Source: an uncultured Gemmatimonadaceae bacterium
GTDB taxonomy: Bacteria; Gemmatimonadota; Gemmatimonadetes; Gemmatimonadales; Gemmatimonadaceae
DNA: 64,000 nt
NCBI GenBank assembly: GCA_963822945.1
Contig: CAWGJO010000033.1
Location: 42,344-106,343, forward strand
Reading direction: 5' to 3'
Position 1 is the first letter of the stretch. Each line of letters starts with the position of its first letter. This document shows positions 31,812 through 41,508 of the stretch, piece after piece. Below the pieces are notes generated by a model. It saw nothing but the letters and a program-made list of their open reading frames with translations, was not told the DNA's origin and made no database searches. Made by a program: the position numbers and the translations under genes.

Positions 31812-34190
31812 ATGACGAAGAAAACGACTGCGTACGTGATGCCGTTTGAAGATATCCGCATGACCGACGTCGACCGGGTGGGTGGCAAGAATGCATCGCT
31901 CGGTGAGATGATCGGCCAACTCGCAGCCTCCGGCGTGCGGGTGCCCGGCGGGTTCGCCACCACGGCGGCGGCGTTTCGCGACTTCCTGGGGCAGAGCGGG
32001 TTGGCCAAGCGGATCGAGGAAACGCTCGGCGCCCTCGACATCGAGGACGTGAACGCGCTGGCCGAGACGGGTGAGCGAATCCGGAAGTGGATCCTGGATA
32101 CGCCGCTCCCGCCGAAGCTCGAAACGGAAATCAAGTCACATTATGAGAAACTGGTCGCCGACAGCGGCGACGACATGACGTTCGCCGTCCGGTCGTCGGC
32201 CACCGCCGAGGACCTGCCCGATGCGTCCTTTGCCGGCCAGCAGGAGACGTACCTCAATATCCACGGGTACGAGAACATCCTCACCGCGGTGAAGGAGACC
32301 TTCGCGTCGCTCTACAACGACCGCGCCATTGCGTATCGCGTGCATAAGGGGTTCGCGCACGCCGACGTCGCGCTGTCGGCCGGCATCCAGCGCATGGTGC
32401 GCTCCGATACCGGCGCGTCGGGCGTGATGTTCACACTCGACACCGAATCGGGGTTCGACCAGGTGGTGTTCATCACCGCATCGTACGGACTGGGCGAAAC
32501 CGTGGTGCAGGGCGCGGTGAACCCCGACGAGTTCTACGTGCACAAGCCGACGCTCGCGCTGGGCAAGCCGTCCATCGTGCGCCGGAGTCTCGGCTCCAAG
32601 CTCATCAAGATGGTGTTCACCGGCGATCGCGAGGCGGGAAAGAGCACGCGAACGGTAGACGTGCCGGAATCCGATCGCTACCGGTTCGCGCTCAACGACG
32701 CGGACGTGCTCGAGCTGGCCCGCTATGCGGTGATCATCGAGAAGCACTATGGTCGCGCCATGGACATCGAGTGGGGGCGCGACGGCGAGGACGGCAAGCT
32801 CTACGTGCTGCAGGCGCGTCCGGAAACGGTCAAGTCGCACCGCTCGAACACCACCGAGAAGTTCAGGCTCAAGCAGCACGGCAAGGTGCTGGTCAAGGGT
32901 CGCGCCATCGGGCAGAAGATCGGCGCCGGCCCGGCCCGCGTGGTGAAGAGCGCGAAGGAGATGGACCGCGTGAAGCCGGGCGACGTGCTGGTCACCGACA
33001 TGACCGACCCCAACTGGGAGCCGGTGATGAAGCGCGCCGCGGCGATCGTCACCAATCGCGGCGGGCGCACCTGCCACGCCGCCATCATCGCCCGCGAGTT
33101 GGGGATCCCCGCCATCGTCGGCACCGGCGACGGCACCTCCAAACTCGAGGAGGACGAGCCGATCACCGTGAGCTGCGCCGAGGGCGACACCGGGTACGTG
33201 TATCGGGGAATGCTCGAGTACGAGGTGACCACCGCCGACGTCGGCAAACTGCCCGACCTCCCGGCCAAGATCATGATGAACGTGGGCAACCCGGAAATGG
33301 CGTTCGAGTTCGCGCTCATTCCCAATGCGGGCGTGGGCCTGGCGCGGCTGGAGTTCGTGATCAACAACGTGATCGGCGTACACCCCAAGGCGATTCTCGA
33401 CATCGAGCACGTGCGCGAGAGCCTGCGCGAGGAGATCACGCGCCGGGCCCGCGGCTACGCGAGTCCCGAGGACTTCTTCGTCGACAAGCTCGTGGAGGGC
33501 GTGGCGACCATCGGCGCCGCATTCTATCCCAAGCCGGTCATCGTGCGGCTCTCGGACTTCAAGTCCAACGAGTACCGCAAGCTGCTGGGTGGCGAGATAT
33601 ACGAGCCGGAGGAGGAGAATCCGATGCTCGGCTTCCGCGGTGCGTCGCGCTACGTGGCCGACAGCTTCCGCGACTGCTTCGAGCTGGAGTGCCGGGCCAT
33701 GAAGCGCGTGCGCGACGAGCTGGGACTCACCAACGTGGAGATCATGATTCCGTTCGTGCGCACGGTGAGCGAGGCCAAGCGGGTGGTCGAGCTGCTGGCC
33801 GAGCACGGGCTGCAGCGCGGTGAGAACGGCCTGCGGCTGATCATGATGTGCGAGATCCCGTCCAACTCCCTGCTCGCCGACGAGTTCCTGGAGTACTTCG
33901 ACGGCTTCTCCATCGGCTCCAACGATCTCACGCAGTTGACCCTGGGGTTGGACCGCGACTCGGGGTTGGTGGCCCAGGGATTCGACGAGCGCGACGGCGC
34001 GGTGAAGAAGCTGCTCTCGATGGCCATCTCGGCGTGCAACCGGCTGGACAAATACATCGGCATCTGCGGCCAGGGGCCGAGTGACCACGCCGACTTCGCC
34101 CAGTGGCTGATGGACGAGGGGATCCAGACCATTTCGCTGAATCCGGATACGGTCGTCGAAACCTGGATGCGCCTGGGAGCGAAATCGTAA
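31812..34190 (+). CDS. ppsA: Phosphoenolpyruvate synthase
   Basis: [29 protein letters not shown] phospho-His, [19 protein letters not shown]. Confidence 0.97.
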   Translation: MTKKTTAYVMPFEDIRMTDVDRVGGKNASLGEMIGQLAASGVRVPGGFATTAAAFRDFLGQSGLAKRIEETLGALDIEDVNALAETGERIRKWILDTPLPPKLETEIKSHYEKLVADSGDDMTFAVRSSATAEDLPDASFAGQQETYLNIHGYENILTAVKETFASLYNDRAIAYRVHKGFAHADVALSAGIQRMVRSDTGASGVMFTLDTESGFDQVVFITASYGLGETVVQGAVNPDEFYVHKPTLALGKPSIVRRSLGSKLIKMVFTGDREAGKSTRTVDVPESDRYRFALNDADVLELARYAVIIEKHYGRAMDIEWGRDGEDGKLYVLQARPETVKSHRSNTTEKFRLKQHGKVLVKGRAIGQKIGAGPARVVKSAKEMDRVKPGDVLVTDMTDPNWEPVMKRAAAIVTNRGGRTCHAAIIARELGIPAIVGTGDGTSKLEEDEPITVSCAEGDTGYVYRGMLEYEVTTADVGKLPDLPAKIMMNVGNPEMAFEFALIPNAGVGLARLEFVINNVIGVHPKAILDIEHVRESLREEITRRARGYASPEDFFVDKLVEGVATIGAAFYPKPVIVRLSDFKSNEYRKLLGGEIYEPEEENPMLGFRGASRYVADSFRDCFELECRAMKRVRDELGLTNVEIMIPFVRTVSEAKRVVELLAEHGLQRGENGLRLIMMCEIPSNSLLADEFLEYFDGFSIGSNDLTQLTLGLDRDSGLVAQGFDERDGAVKKLLSMAISACNRLDKYIGICGQGPSDHADFAQWLMDEGIQTISLNPDTVVETWMRLGAKS

Positions 34191-34248
34191 GTCGGTAGGT
34201 CGGTACGTCGGTGTATTGCCCGACCTACCGACCTACCGACCTACCGAC
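34191..34248. repeat. Inverted pair of 8-bp arrays (GTCGGTAG / CTACCGAC) forming a hairpin
   Basis: GTCGGTAGGTCGGTACGTCGG-TGTATTGC-CCGACCTACCGACCTACCGAC directly after the ppsA stop. Confidence 0.85.
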
Positions 34249-34318
34249 CGTCTGTCTGGCGCGCAACGCTCCGGCCGGCGATGTTGTCTGACCAGCATCC
34301 CCGGCCAGGAGCCACGCC

Positions 34319-36793
34319 ATGCTCCGCGACTTCGCGTACGCCTTTCGTTCGCTCCGCAAGAATCCCGGATTCACGGTCACGGCGCTGATCACGCTCGCCC
34401 TCGGCATCGGGGCCACCACGGCGATCTTCAGCGTGGTGAATGCGGTGCTGCTGCGGCCGCTGCCGTACGCCGATGCAAGCCGCCTCGTCGTGATCACGTC
34501 CGACATGGTGGCCCGGGACGTGAATGACTTCCCGATGGCCGCCGGCGACATCAAGCAGATGCGCGACGGGGGGAGCCTGTTCGACGGCATCGCGGCGGTT
34601 CGCACTTTCAACCAGCCCACCGTGAACGAGCGCGGGGAGACCGAGCAGATCCGCGGCGCCCTCGTCACCACCAACCTGTTCTCCGTGCTCGGCGCGCACC
34701 TGGTGGCGGGGCGCGATTTCACCGACGCCGACGGAACGCCGCAGCCCGTGACGCTGGGCCCCAACGGCCGGCCTGTGGCGCCGACCACGCCGCCCCCACC
34801 GCCGGTGGTGATCCTGGGGTACGGCTACTGGCAGCGCCACTTCGGTGGCGAACGATCGGTGGTCGGCACGGTCATTCCCGTGGGAGCCGCTCGCGGCGAG
34901 GTGGTCGGCATCGCGCCGCCCGGGTTCGAGTTGCTCTTCCCCCCGAGCTTCAGCGTCGAGCGAACGCCCGACGTCTATATTGCCGCGCGCATCGACTGGG
35001 CCACCGCCTCGCACATCAATGTCGGCTTCCGGACGCTCGGGCTTCTCAAGCCCGGGGTGTCGGTGTCCGCGGCCCAGTCGCAGATGAACACGGTGGCCGC
35101 CGACCTGAACGAACTCGTGCCGATCAAGAAGACGGCAGGATTCCGGCTTCGCGTGGTACCCATGCACGAGGAGATGGTGGCCGAGGCGCGGCCGGCCGTG
35201 CTCGCGCTCATGGGCGGCGTCACGTTCGTGCTGCTCATTGCGTGCGCCAACGTGGCCAACCTGCTCCTCGTTCGCACGTCGCGGCGCGAGCGCGAGCTGG
35301 CCGTGCGGGCCGCACTCGGCGGCAGCCGGTCGCGGCTCATGCGGCAGATGTTGGCCGAATCGTTGCTGCTCTCGGTGGGCGGCGCACTGCTGGGGTTGGG
35401 GCTCGCCGCGCTCGGGGTGAGGCTGCTCGTCGCCATCGGCCCGCAGGATCTGCCGACCATCGGCCGGGTGGCCATCGATCCGATCGCGTTGTCGTTCGCC
35501 GTCGGGGCCGGCGTGCTGGCGGCCGTGCTGTTCGGGGTCATGCCCGCGTGGCGCGCCTCGCGGCCCGACATCGTGGGCGTGTTGCGTTCCAGCGGCCGCA
35601 CGTCGGAACTCGGGGCGGGGCGCGCGCTGCGCAATGGCGTGGTGACCGCCGAGGTGGCGCTCGCCTTCGTGCTGCTGGTGGGAAGCGGGCTGATGCTGCG
35701 GAGCTTCGCGGTGCTGACGCGCGCCGATCCCGGTTTCGATCCGACGGGACTGCTGACCTTCCAGGCGCAGCGCCTCGGGGGCGGTCCGCCCGCGCAGCGC
35801 GAGGCGTTCGGCCGCCTCATGGCGCAACGGCTGGCGGGCATGCCGGGGGTCACCGGCGTCGCGGCCGGCGTGCCGGTGCCGTTCTCCGGCGGAGACGTCA
35901 CGGCGCGCTGGGGCACCGAAGTCGCGGTCAACGACCCGGCCGCCTTCCGGGAGGCCGACCTGGGCATCGTGACGCCCGGCTACTTCCGCGTCATGCGCAC
36001 GAAGCTGCTGGCCGGGCGTGTCTTCACCGAGGCGGACAACGTGCCGACGTCCACGTCGGTGATCGTCGATCGGGCCCTCGCCGCGCGCGCGTTCCCGGGA
36101 CAGTCGGCGGTGGGCAAGCGGCTCTTCGTGCGCTACCGCAGCAACGAGCCGGAGTGGGTGGATATCGTCGGTGTGGTGGACCAGGTGCGGCGCGACTCGC
36201 CGGCCACCGACGGGCCGGAGCAGATGTACGTGACCGACGGCGAGATCGGATTCGGCATCGGGACGTGGATCGTGCGAACGTCCGGCGATCCGGCGCGCCT
36301 GGAGTCCACGGTGCGGTCCACCATCGCGCAGATCGACCCCAAGATTCCGATCGTCGACATGAAGCCGATGCGCGCCTACGTGCGCGACGCGTACGCGTCC
36401 ACCCGGTTCGCGCTCGCCCTCGTGGGCGCGTTCGCGGCCATCGCGCTCGTGCTCGCCGCCGTGGGCCTGTACGGCGTACTCTCGACCATCGTGCGCCAGC
36501 GCACCGCCGAGATCGGTGTGCGGATGGCGTTCGGCGCGCCAAAGGAGCGCATCTTCCGGCAGATGGTGGGTGAGGGGATGCGCCTGGCAGGCATCGGGAT
36601 CGGGGTGGGCCTCGCGGCCGCGTTCGCGCTCACCCGGACCATGCGAAGCATGCTGGTCGGCGTTCGGGCCACCGATCCGGCGACCTTCGCCGCGATCGCG
36701 CTGGTGTTCGTGGCCATCGCGGCGTTGTCGTGCTGGCTGCCGGCGCGGCGGGCGGCGGCACTCGATCCGGCGGACGCGTTGCGGGGGGAGTGA
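34319..36793 (+). CDS. ADOP-type duplicated ABC permease (MacB/FtsX domains)
   Basis: TLALGIGATTAIFSVV, LLIACANVANLL, RRERELAVRAALG, GLYGV..RTAEIGVRMAFGA, PARRAA..DP. Confidence 0.92.
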   Translation: MLRDFAYAFRSLRKNPGFTVTALITLALGIGATTAIFSVVNAVLLRPLPYADASRLVVITSDMVARDVNDFPMAAGDIKQMRDGGSLFDGIAAVRTFNQPTVNERGETEQIRGALVTTNLFSVLGAHLVAGRDFTDADGTPQPVTLGPNGRPVAPTTPPPPPVVILGYGYWQRHFGGERSVVGTVIPVGAARGEVVGIAPPGFELLFPPSFSVERTPDVYIAARIDWATASHINVGFRTLGLLKPGVSVSAAQSQMNTVAADLNELVPIKKTAGFRLRVVPMHEEMVAEARPAVLALMGGVTFVLLIACANVANLLLVRTSRRERELAVRAALGGSRSRLMRQMLAESLLLSVGGALLGLGLAALGVRLLVAIGPQDLPTIGRVAIDPIALSFAVGAGVLAAVLFGVMPAWRASRPDIVGVLRSSGRTSELGAGRALRNGVVTAEVALAFVLLVGSGLMLRSFAVLTRADPGFDPTGLLTFQAQRLGGGPPAQREAFGRLMAQRLAGMPGVTGVAAGVPVPFSGGDVTARWGTEVAVNDPAAFREADLGIVTPGYFRVMRTKLLAGRVFTEADNVPTSTSVIVDRALAARAFPGQSAVGKRLFVRYRSNEPEWVDIVGVVDQVRRDSPATDGPEQMYVTDGEIGFGIGTWIVRTSGDPARLESTVRSTIAQIDPKIPIVDMKPMRAYVRDAYASTRFALALVGAFAAIALVLAAVGLYGVLSTIVRQRTAEIGVRMAFGAPKERIFRQMVGEGMRLAGIGIGVGLAAAFALTRTMRSMLVGVRATDPATFAAIALVFVAIAALSCWLPARRAAALDPADALRGE

Positions 36794-36804
36794 GGGGGCG
36801 TAAC

Positions 36805-36932
36805 GACAGTCGGACAGTCGGACAGTCGGACAGTCGGACAGTCGGACAGTCAGACAGTCAGACAGTCAGACAGTCGAAGGGGCGGACAGTCGAAGGGGCG
36901 GACAGTCGAAGGGGCGGAGAGACGGGGCGTCG
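36805..36932. repeat. 8-bp array (GACAGTCR)x9 followed by alternating AAGGGGCG/GACAGTCG
   Basis: Read directly; 8-bp register maintained over 16 units. Confidence 0.95.
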
Positions 36933-36950
36933 GACCCGGCGGCAGTGCGC

Positions 36951-37790
36951 CTACGCCGCCGGTTGCGGCTCCGCCGGCAGCGGTCCGAGTGCGGCGCGCC
37001 GCTGCCAGAAGAGGAGTCCGACCACGACGGCACAGAGGGCGAGCGCCGCTCCGAACTCGCCGGTGATCCAGGCCGTGTGCCCGGTATCGGCCGTCATCCG
37101 GTCGAACACTCCCTGGATGAACAGGTTGTGGCTGGCGTGCAGGAGCGCGCCCGTCCACAGGCTTCCCGAACGGAGCCGGATCCACGCGAACGCCGTGCCG
37201 ATGCCGAGTACCATGACGGCGAAGCAGGTGAGCCCGAACCACCAGGGCGTGCCGGAGTTGTAGTCGGCGAACAGCAGCACGGGTGTGTGCCAGAGCGCCC
37301 AGATGCCGCTGCTGATGAGTGCCGTGCCGGTGAAGCCGGTGACGCGTGAGAGTTGGGGCACGAGCACGCCGCGCCATCCGATCTCCTCGCCCGTGGCGCT
37401 GATCAGCGACATGCACACGCCCAACGTGGCGGCCCTGACGATGAAGGTCCCGGTCGCCGTTCCCTGCGGCAGGTGCGCGGTGGTGAATGCGCCCCACCCG
37501 GCGGCCCACACCACGCCGTACGCGACCGCCGCGTACGCCACGGGGAGCAGGTAGGCGAGCGCGAGCCACTTCGGGCGGCCGAGCCCCCATCCCATGCCGC
37601 GCAGACTGTGCGTGTTGATCAGCATGGTGAGGATGCCCGCCGTGCCGGGGCACCACATCAGGCCGAGGACGTACAGTCCGTGGCCCGCCGAAAGCGTACC
37701 GGCGCGGATGATCAGCGTGTAGAAGATGCTGCTCAATCCGAAGGTGAGCAGCAGATAGGTCGCGAGGTTTCGCTTGGCGGAGGCGGGCAT
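36951..37790 (-). CDS. CPBP (Abi/CAAX) intramembrane metalloprotease
   Basis: GEEIGWRG, IWALWH, LHASHN; multi-TM. Confidence 0.9.
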   Translation of the reverse strand: MPASAKRNLATYLLLTFGLSSIFYTLIIRAGTLSAGHGLYVLGLMWCPGTAGILTMLINTHSLRGMGWGLGRPKWLALAYLLPVAYAAVAYGVVWAAGWGAFTTAHLPQGTATGTFIVRAATLGVCMSLISATGEEIGWRGVLVPQLSRVTGFTGTALISSGIWALWHTPVLLFADYNSGTPWWFGLTCFAVMVLGIGTAFAWIRLRSGSLWTGALLHASHNLFIQGVFDRMTADTGHTAWITGEFGAALALCAVVVGLLFWQRRAALGPLPAEPQPAA

Positions 37791-37849
37791 GGGAGGTGGC
37801 GGAAGGGGGAGGGGGAGGGGCAACCGGTGGGCCAGCGTCACGCGAAGTT

Positions 37850-37913
37850 CGACTGTCCGACTGTCCGACTGTCTGACTGTCCGACTGTCCGACTGTCCGA
37901 CTATCGGACTGCC
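37850..37913. repeat. 8-bp array (YGACTGTC)x6 plus 2 degenerate units
   Basis: Read directly; reverse complement of the 36805 array. Confidence 0.95.
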
Positions 37914-37953
37914 CCATCTTACACTTCCCGGCGAAACTCGCTATACGTGCGTC

Positions 37954-38232
37954 ATGTCCCGCGCATTCGTCAACGAAGACGCCAACGAGCCCGAGCCGCG
38001 CTACGTGCTCCCGCCGCGCGACGATCCCGGCTACGACGAGGCCGCAGCCGTCGCCCTCCTCGACGGCGCCGACGTCGGCAACTCCTACAGCGCCGAGCAG
38101 GCGACGGGGTACACGTGGGGCGATCCCGCGCTCGAGGCGCACATGCGCCGCCTGCTCGCGCGCGCCGAGGCCGAAGGCGACGACCGCCGGGCGACGCTGG
38201 CGAGCCGCTACCTGCGGGCCATCAAGCGGTAG
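37954..38232 (+). CDS. Small hypothetical protein with MSRAFVNED N-terminus
   Basis: 92-aa ORF with high third-position GC; N-terminus recalls GreA/GreB-like 'MSRAFVKE' proteins. Confidence 0.65.
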   Translation: MSRAFVNEDANEPEPRYVLPPRDDPGYDEAAAVALLDGADVGNSYSAEQATGYTWGDPALEAHMRRLLARAEAEGDDRRATLASRYLRAIKR

Positions 38233-38262
38233 CTCTTCGCCGGCTCACCGTCTCAACTCCGT

Positions 38263-40953
38263 CTATTCCGCGCGCATCGCAATTACGGGATCCACCCGCG
38301 CCGCCCGCCGCATGGGGACCACGCACGCCAGCAGTGCGGTGGCCAGCAGCGCACCCGCGGCCAGCCCGTACGACAGCGGATCGTCGGCCGACACTCCGCT
38401 GAGCATGTTCGACAGCAGGCGGGTTCCCCAGTGTGCTCCCACCAGGCCCACCGCCATGCCGAGCGCGGCGAGCAGCACGCCACGGCCCACCACGCTGCGC
38501 GCGATGCGCGCGTTGGTGGCGCCCAGGGCCACCCGGATGCCGATCTCGCGGGTTCGCTGCGCCACCGCGTAGGCCATCACGCCGTAGAGCCCTACCGCGG
38601 CCAGCACGAGCGCCAGGCCGGTGAAGATGGCCAGCAGGAGCATCGTGAACCGTGGGCGCGCGATGGTGGACGCCATCGCGTCGGCGACGTTGTCCACGTG
38701 CACGGGCGGGATGGCGGCGTTCATCTCGGCCACCACGCGGCGAATCTGCGGCAGCGCACGGGCCGGATCGGGGATGCGTGCCAGGAGTGTCGGCGAGAAG
38801 TACCGCGCGGGTGGTTCGTACAGGATCGGATCCGTCGTGTCCATCGTGATGCCGCCGGTGGACGCGTCCTTCGCCACTCCGACGATGGTCATCCAGTTCC
38901 CGTGGCCGCCGTTCTCCACCCGCACCCGATGACCCACGGCGGTGCCGTTCGGCCAGAACCTGCGCGCCATCCCTTCGTTGACGATCACCTGGGCGGCGGC
39001 CGCCGTGGTATCGGTGAACGTGGTGCCCTGGACCAGCGGAATCCCCATGAGCGCGAAGTACTCGGGCCGTACGCCCAGCACGCCGACGAAGGAGCTGCCC
39101 CCTTCGGGCGCCGGCTGGTTGTCGATCTGGAGGTTCCCGAGGCTGAAGTTGCGTCCCGGCGGCGCCGTGGTGGCCAGGGTCACCGCCTGCACGCCCGGAA
39201 TGTCCGCCACTCGTGTTGCCAGGCGATCGTAGAAGCTCCACTGCCGCGCCGTCGTGGTGTCGGCGGTAGCCGAGAGATTGGCCGTCACGGCATACAGCCC
39301 CTGGGCCCTGAACCCGGGGTCGGTCAACTGCAGGTGCGCGAAACTGCGGATGAGCAGTACGGCGCCCACGAGAAGCGTCGTCGAGAGGGCCATCTCGGTG
39401 ACCACGAGCAGCGACCGCAGCCGGTCGTGTCCTCGGCCCATGGAAGTCGGCGTCCCGACCCTGAGCACGGCGGGCGAGGAGAGTCGCGCGGACTGCGACG
39501 CCCCGGCGAGACCGAAGACCAGGCCGGTGACGACGGCGAGCGCCGCGGCGACGAGGATGGTGGTGCCGTCCATGTGCGCCGTGGCCAGCTCCGACAGCGA
39601 TGCCGGACGGAGCGCGACCAGCGCGCGCAGCATGCCCCATCCGACGGCGAGTCCGACCACGCCCCCCGCACCCGCAAGCACCAGCGTCTCCGTGATCAGT
39701 TGGCGAAACAGGCGGCCCCGGCGGGCGCCGATCGCGGCGCGGATGGCCATCTCGCGCTGGCGCGTGGCTCCCCGCGCGAGCAGCAGGTGGGCGACGTTGG
39801 CGCAGGCGATGATCAGGACGAGCGCCACGGCGCCGGCCAGCAGGAGCAGCGAGTCGTGAAAGCTGACCAGCGAACTGGGCGCGCGGACCACCGCGGCGAA
39901 CTGCACCTTGGAGGGCGCCCCCGGTTGGTGCGCCGAGATCGTGTCGAGTTCCCGCGCCGCCTGGCCGTAGTCGATTCCCGGACGCAGCCGGCCGAGCATC
40001 GTGACGCCCTGATTGTCGTCGTGAATGTCGAGCGGCAGGAACACGTCGCTGTGGTTCTGCAGAATGGCCGGCAGTTGAAAGGCCGCCGGCATCACGCCGA
40101 TGACCGTGTAGTCCTTGCCGTCGAGCACGATCGGCGTGCCGGCCACATTCCGGTCGCCGCCGTAGCGGGAGCGCCAGTATCCCTCGCTCAGCACGGCCAC
40201 CGGCGCCTTGGCCCGGACATCGGCGTCGGTGAAGTAGCGTCCCACGAGGGGCCGCTCGCCGGTGAACGCGGCGAAGCTCGGTTGCACGATGGCGCCGTGC
40301 ACCACCGACGCCGGGGCGTCGCCGGCGCGGAGAATCATGTCCCGCGTGGCGAAGCCTTCCAACTGTTCGAAGTCGTGGGTGTTCGCCTGCCAGGCCCGCA
40401 GCGTCCGCGTGGTGGGGCTCACGAACACGCTCACGCCGCTCACGCTGCCCGCGGTCGGTTGCATGAACACGACGGCCAGCCGGCTCGCGTTGGGGTAGGC
40501 GAGGGGGTGGAGGAGCAGGTCGTTGACGACGCTGAACACCGCGGTGTTGGCGCCGATGCCCAGCGCGAGGGTGAGCACACCGACGATCGTCCAGCTCTTC
40601 TGCCGTGCCATGGCGCGGATGCCGAAGCGCACGTCCTGCACGAAGGCGTCGAGGAGTTGAGCGCGGGTCATGCGGCGGTTCCTCCGGTTGTCGATCTCGA
40701 TGCACCGGGCGCGGACGGCGGCCAGATCACCGAGTCGCCGCGCCACGGCGTCGCGGGCCTCCTGCTCGCTCAGGCCGCGGGCCAGGTGGTCGTCCACGCG
40801 CATGTCGGCGTGGAAGGTGAGTTCCTCATCCACGTCGGCGTCGGCGCGCGGCCCCCAGAAGTGCAGATAGCGGCGCCACATCGCGGCGGCGCGCGCGTTG
40901 GGCGCCGGTTGCTGGACGTGCCGCGTGTCGGGCCGGGTGTCCGATGCTCGCAT
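38263..40953 (-). CDS. ADOP-type duplicated ABC permease with permease-prefix domain
   Basis: DVDEELTFH..RRLGD prefix, TLALGIGANTAVFSVV, IACANVAHLL, RTREIGIRVALGA. Confidence 0.92.
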   Translation of the reverse strand: MRASDTRPDTRHVQQPAPNARAAAMWRRYLHFWGPRADADVDEELTFHADMRVDDHLARGLSEQEARDAVARRLGDLAAVRARCIEIDNRRNRRMTRAQLLDAFVQDVRFGIRAMARQKSWTIVGVLTLALGIGANTAVFSVVNDLLLHPLAYPNASRLAVVFMQPTAGSVSGVSVFVSPTTRTLRAWQANTHDFEQLEGFATRDMILRAGDAPASVVHGAIVQPSFAAFTGERPLVGRYFTDADVRAKAPVAVLSEGYWRSRYGGDRNVAGTPIVLDGKDYTVIGVMPAAFQLPAILQNHSDVFLPLDIHDDNQGVTMLGRLRPGIDYGQAARELDTISAHQPGAPSKVQFAAVVRAPSSLVSFHDSLLLLAGAVALVLIIACANVAHLLLARGATRQREMAIRAAIGARRGRLFRQLITETLVLAGAGGVVGLAVGWGMLRALVALRPASLSELATAHMDGTTILVAAALAVVTGLVFGLAGASQSARLSSPAVLRVGTPTSMGRGHDRLRSLLVVTEMALSTTLLVGAVLLIRSFAHLQLTDPGFRAQGLYAVTANLSATADTTTARQWSFYDRLATRVADIPGVQAVTLATTAPPGRNFSLGNLQIDNQPAPEGGSSFVGVLGVRPEYFALMGIPLVQGTTFTDTTAAAAQVIVNEGMARRFWPNGTAVGHRVRVENGGHGNWMTIVGVAKDASTGGITMDTTDPILYEPPARYFSPTLLARIPDPARALPQIRRVVAEMNAAIPPVHVDNVADAMASTIARPRFTMLLLAIFTGLALVLAAVGLYGVMAYAVAQRTREIGIRVALGATNARIARSVVGRGVLLAALGMAVGLVGAHWGTRLLSNMLSGVSADDPLSYGLAAGALLATALLACVVPMRRAARVDPVIAMRAE

Positions 40954-40968
40954 GCGCCGTCCCCCGGG

Positions 40969-41313
40969 TCAGGCGTTGGCCGGCGCCGTATCGAGCACCT
41001 TGCCCACGGCCGCGGCGAACCGCGCCCAACTGTCACGCGACGCGCGCAGGTGCTTCCGCCCGGTCGGCGTGAGCCGGTAGAACTTGGCCCGCCGGTTGTT
41101 GTCGGTGATGCCCCAATCGGCGCTGACGAGACCCTGCTCCTCGAGCTTGTGCAGGGCGGGGTACAGCGACCCCTCCTCCACCTGCAGGACGTCGTCGGTG
41201 CACTGCTCGATCCAGCGGGCGATGCCGTACCCGTGGGCCGGACCCCATGACAGCGTCTTGAGGATCATCAGGTCGAGCGTACCGCGGAGGAAGTCGGTGG
41301 AGGGAGTCGCCAT
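40969..41313 (-). CDS. PadR family transcriptional regulator (ADOP-associated type)
   Basis: GTLDLMILKTL, HGYGIA, EEGSLYPALH, NNRRAKFY. Confidence 0.93.
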   Translation of the reverse strand: MATPSTDFLRGTLDLMILKTLSWGPAHGYGIARWIEQCTDDVLQVEEGSLYPALHKLEEQGLVSADWGITDNNRRAKFYRLTPTGRKHLRASRDSWARFAAAVGKVLDTAPANA

Positions 41314-41346
41314 GGGTGCGCCGGTGGCCGGTTGGATTCGGGATGT

Positions 41347-41370
41347 TGCCTAGGGTGCCTAGGCATTATA
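41347..41370 (-). promoter_or_regulatory. Perfect -10 box (TATAAT) adjoining palindromic operator TGCCTAGG-N3-CCTAGGCA
   Basis: Palindrome 41347-41365; ATTATA at 41365-41370 is TATAAT on the minus strand, ~50 bp upstream of padR. Confidence 0.7.
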
Positions 41371-41508
41371 CCGAGCCTGTCTATGGGACACCAGTCCGGA
41401 CGGAACGGTTGCCACCGTCGCGCGCTTCGGCCTCCACCCTTCAGCGTTCAGCCGTCGACCCGCAGGGGTGAGCCGTCGGGCCCACCCCCAGGCCGCACGC
41501 CTCAGCCC

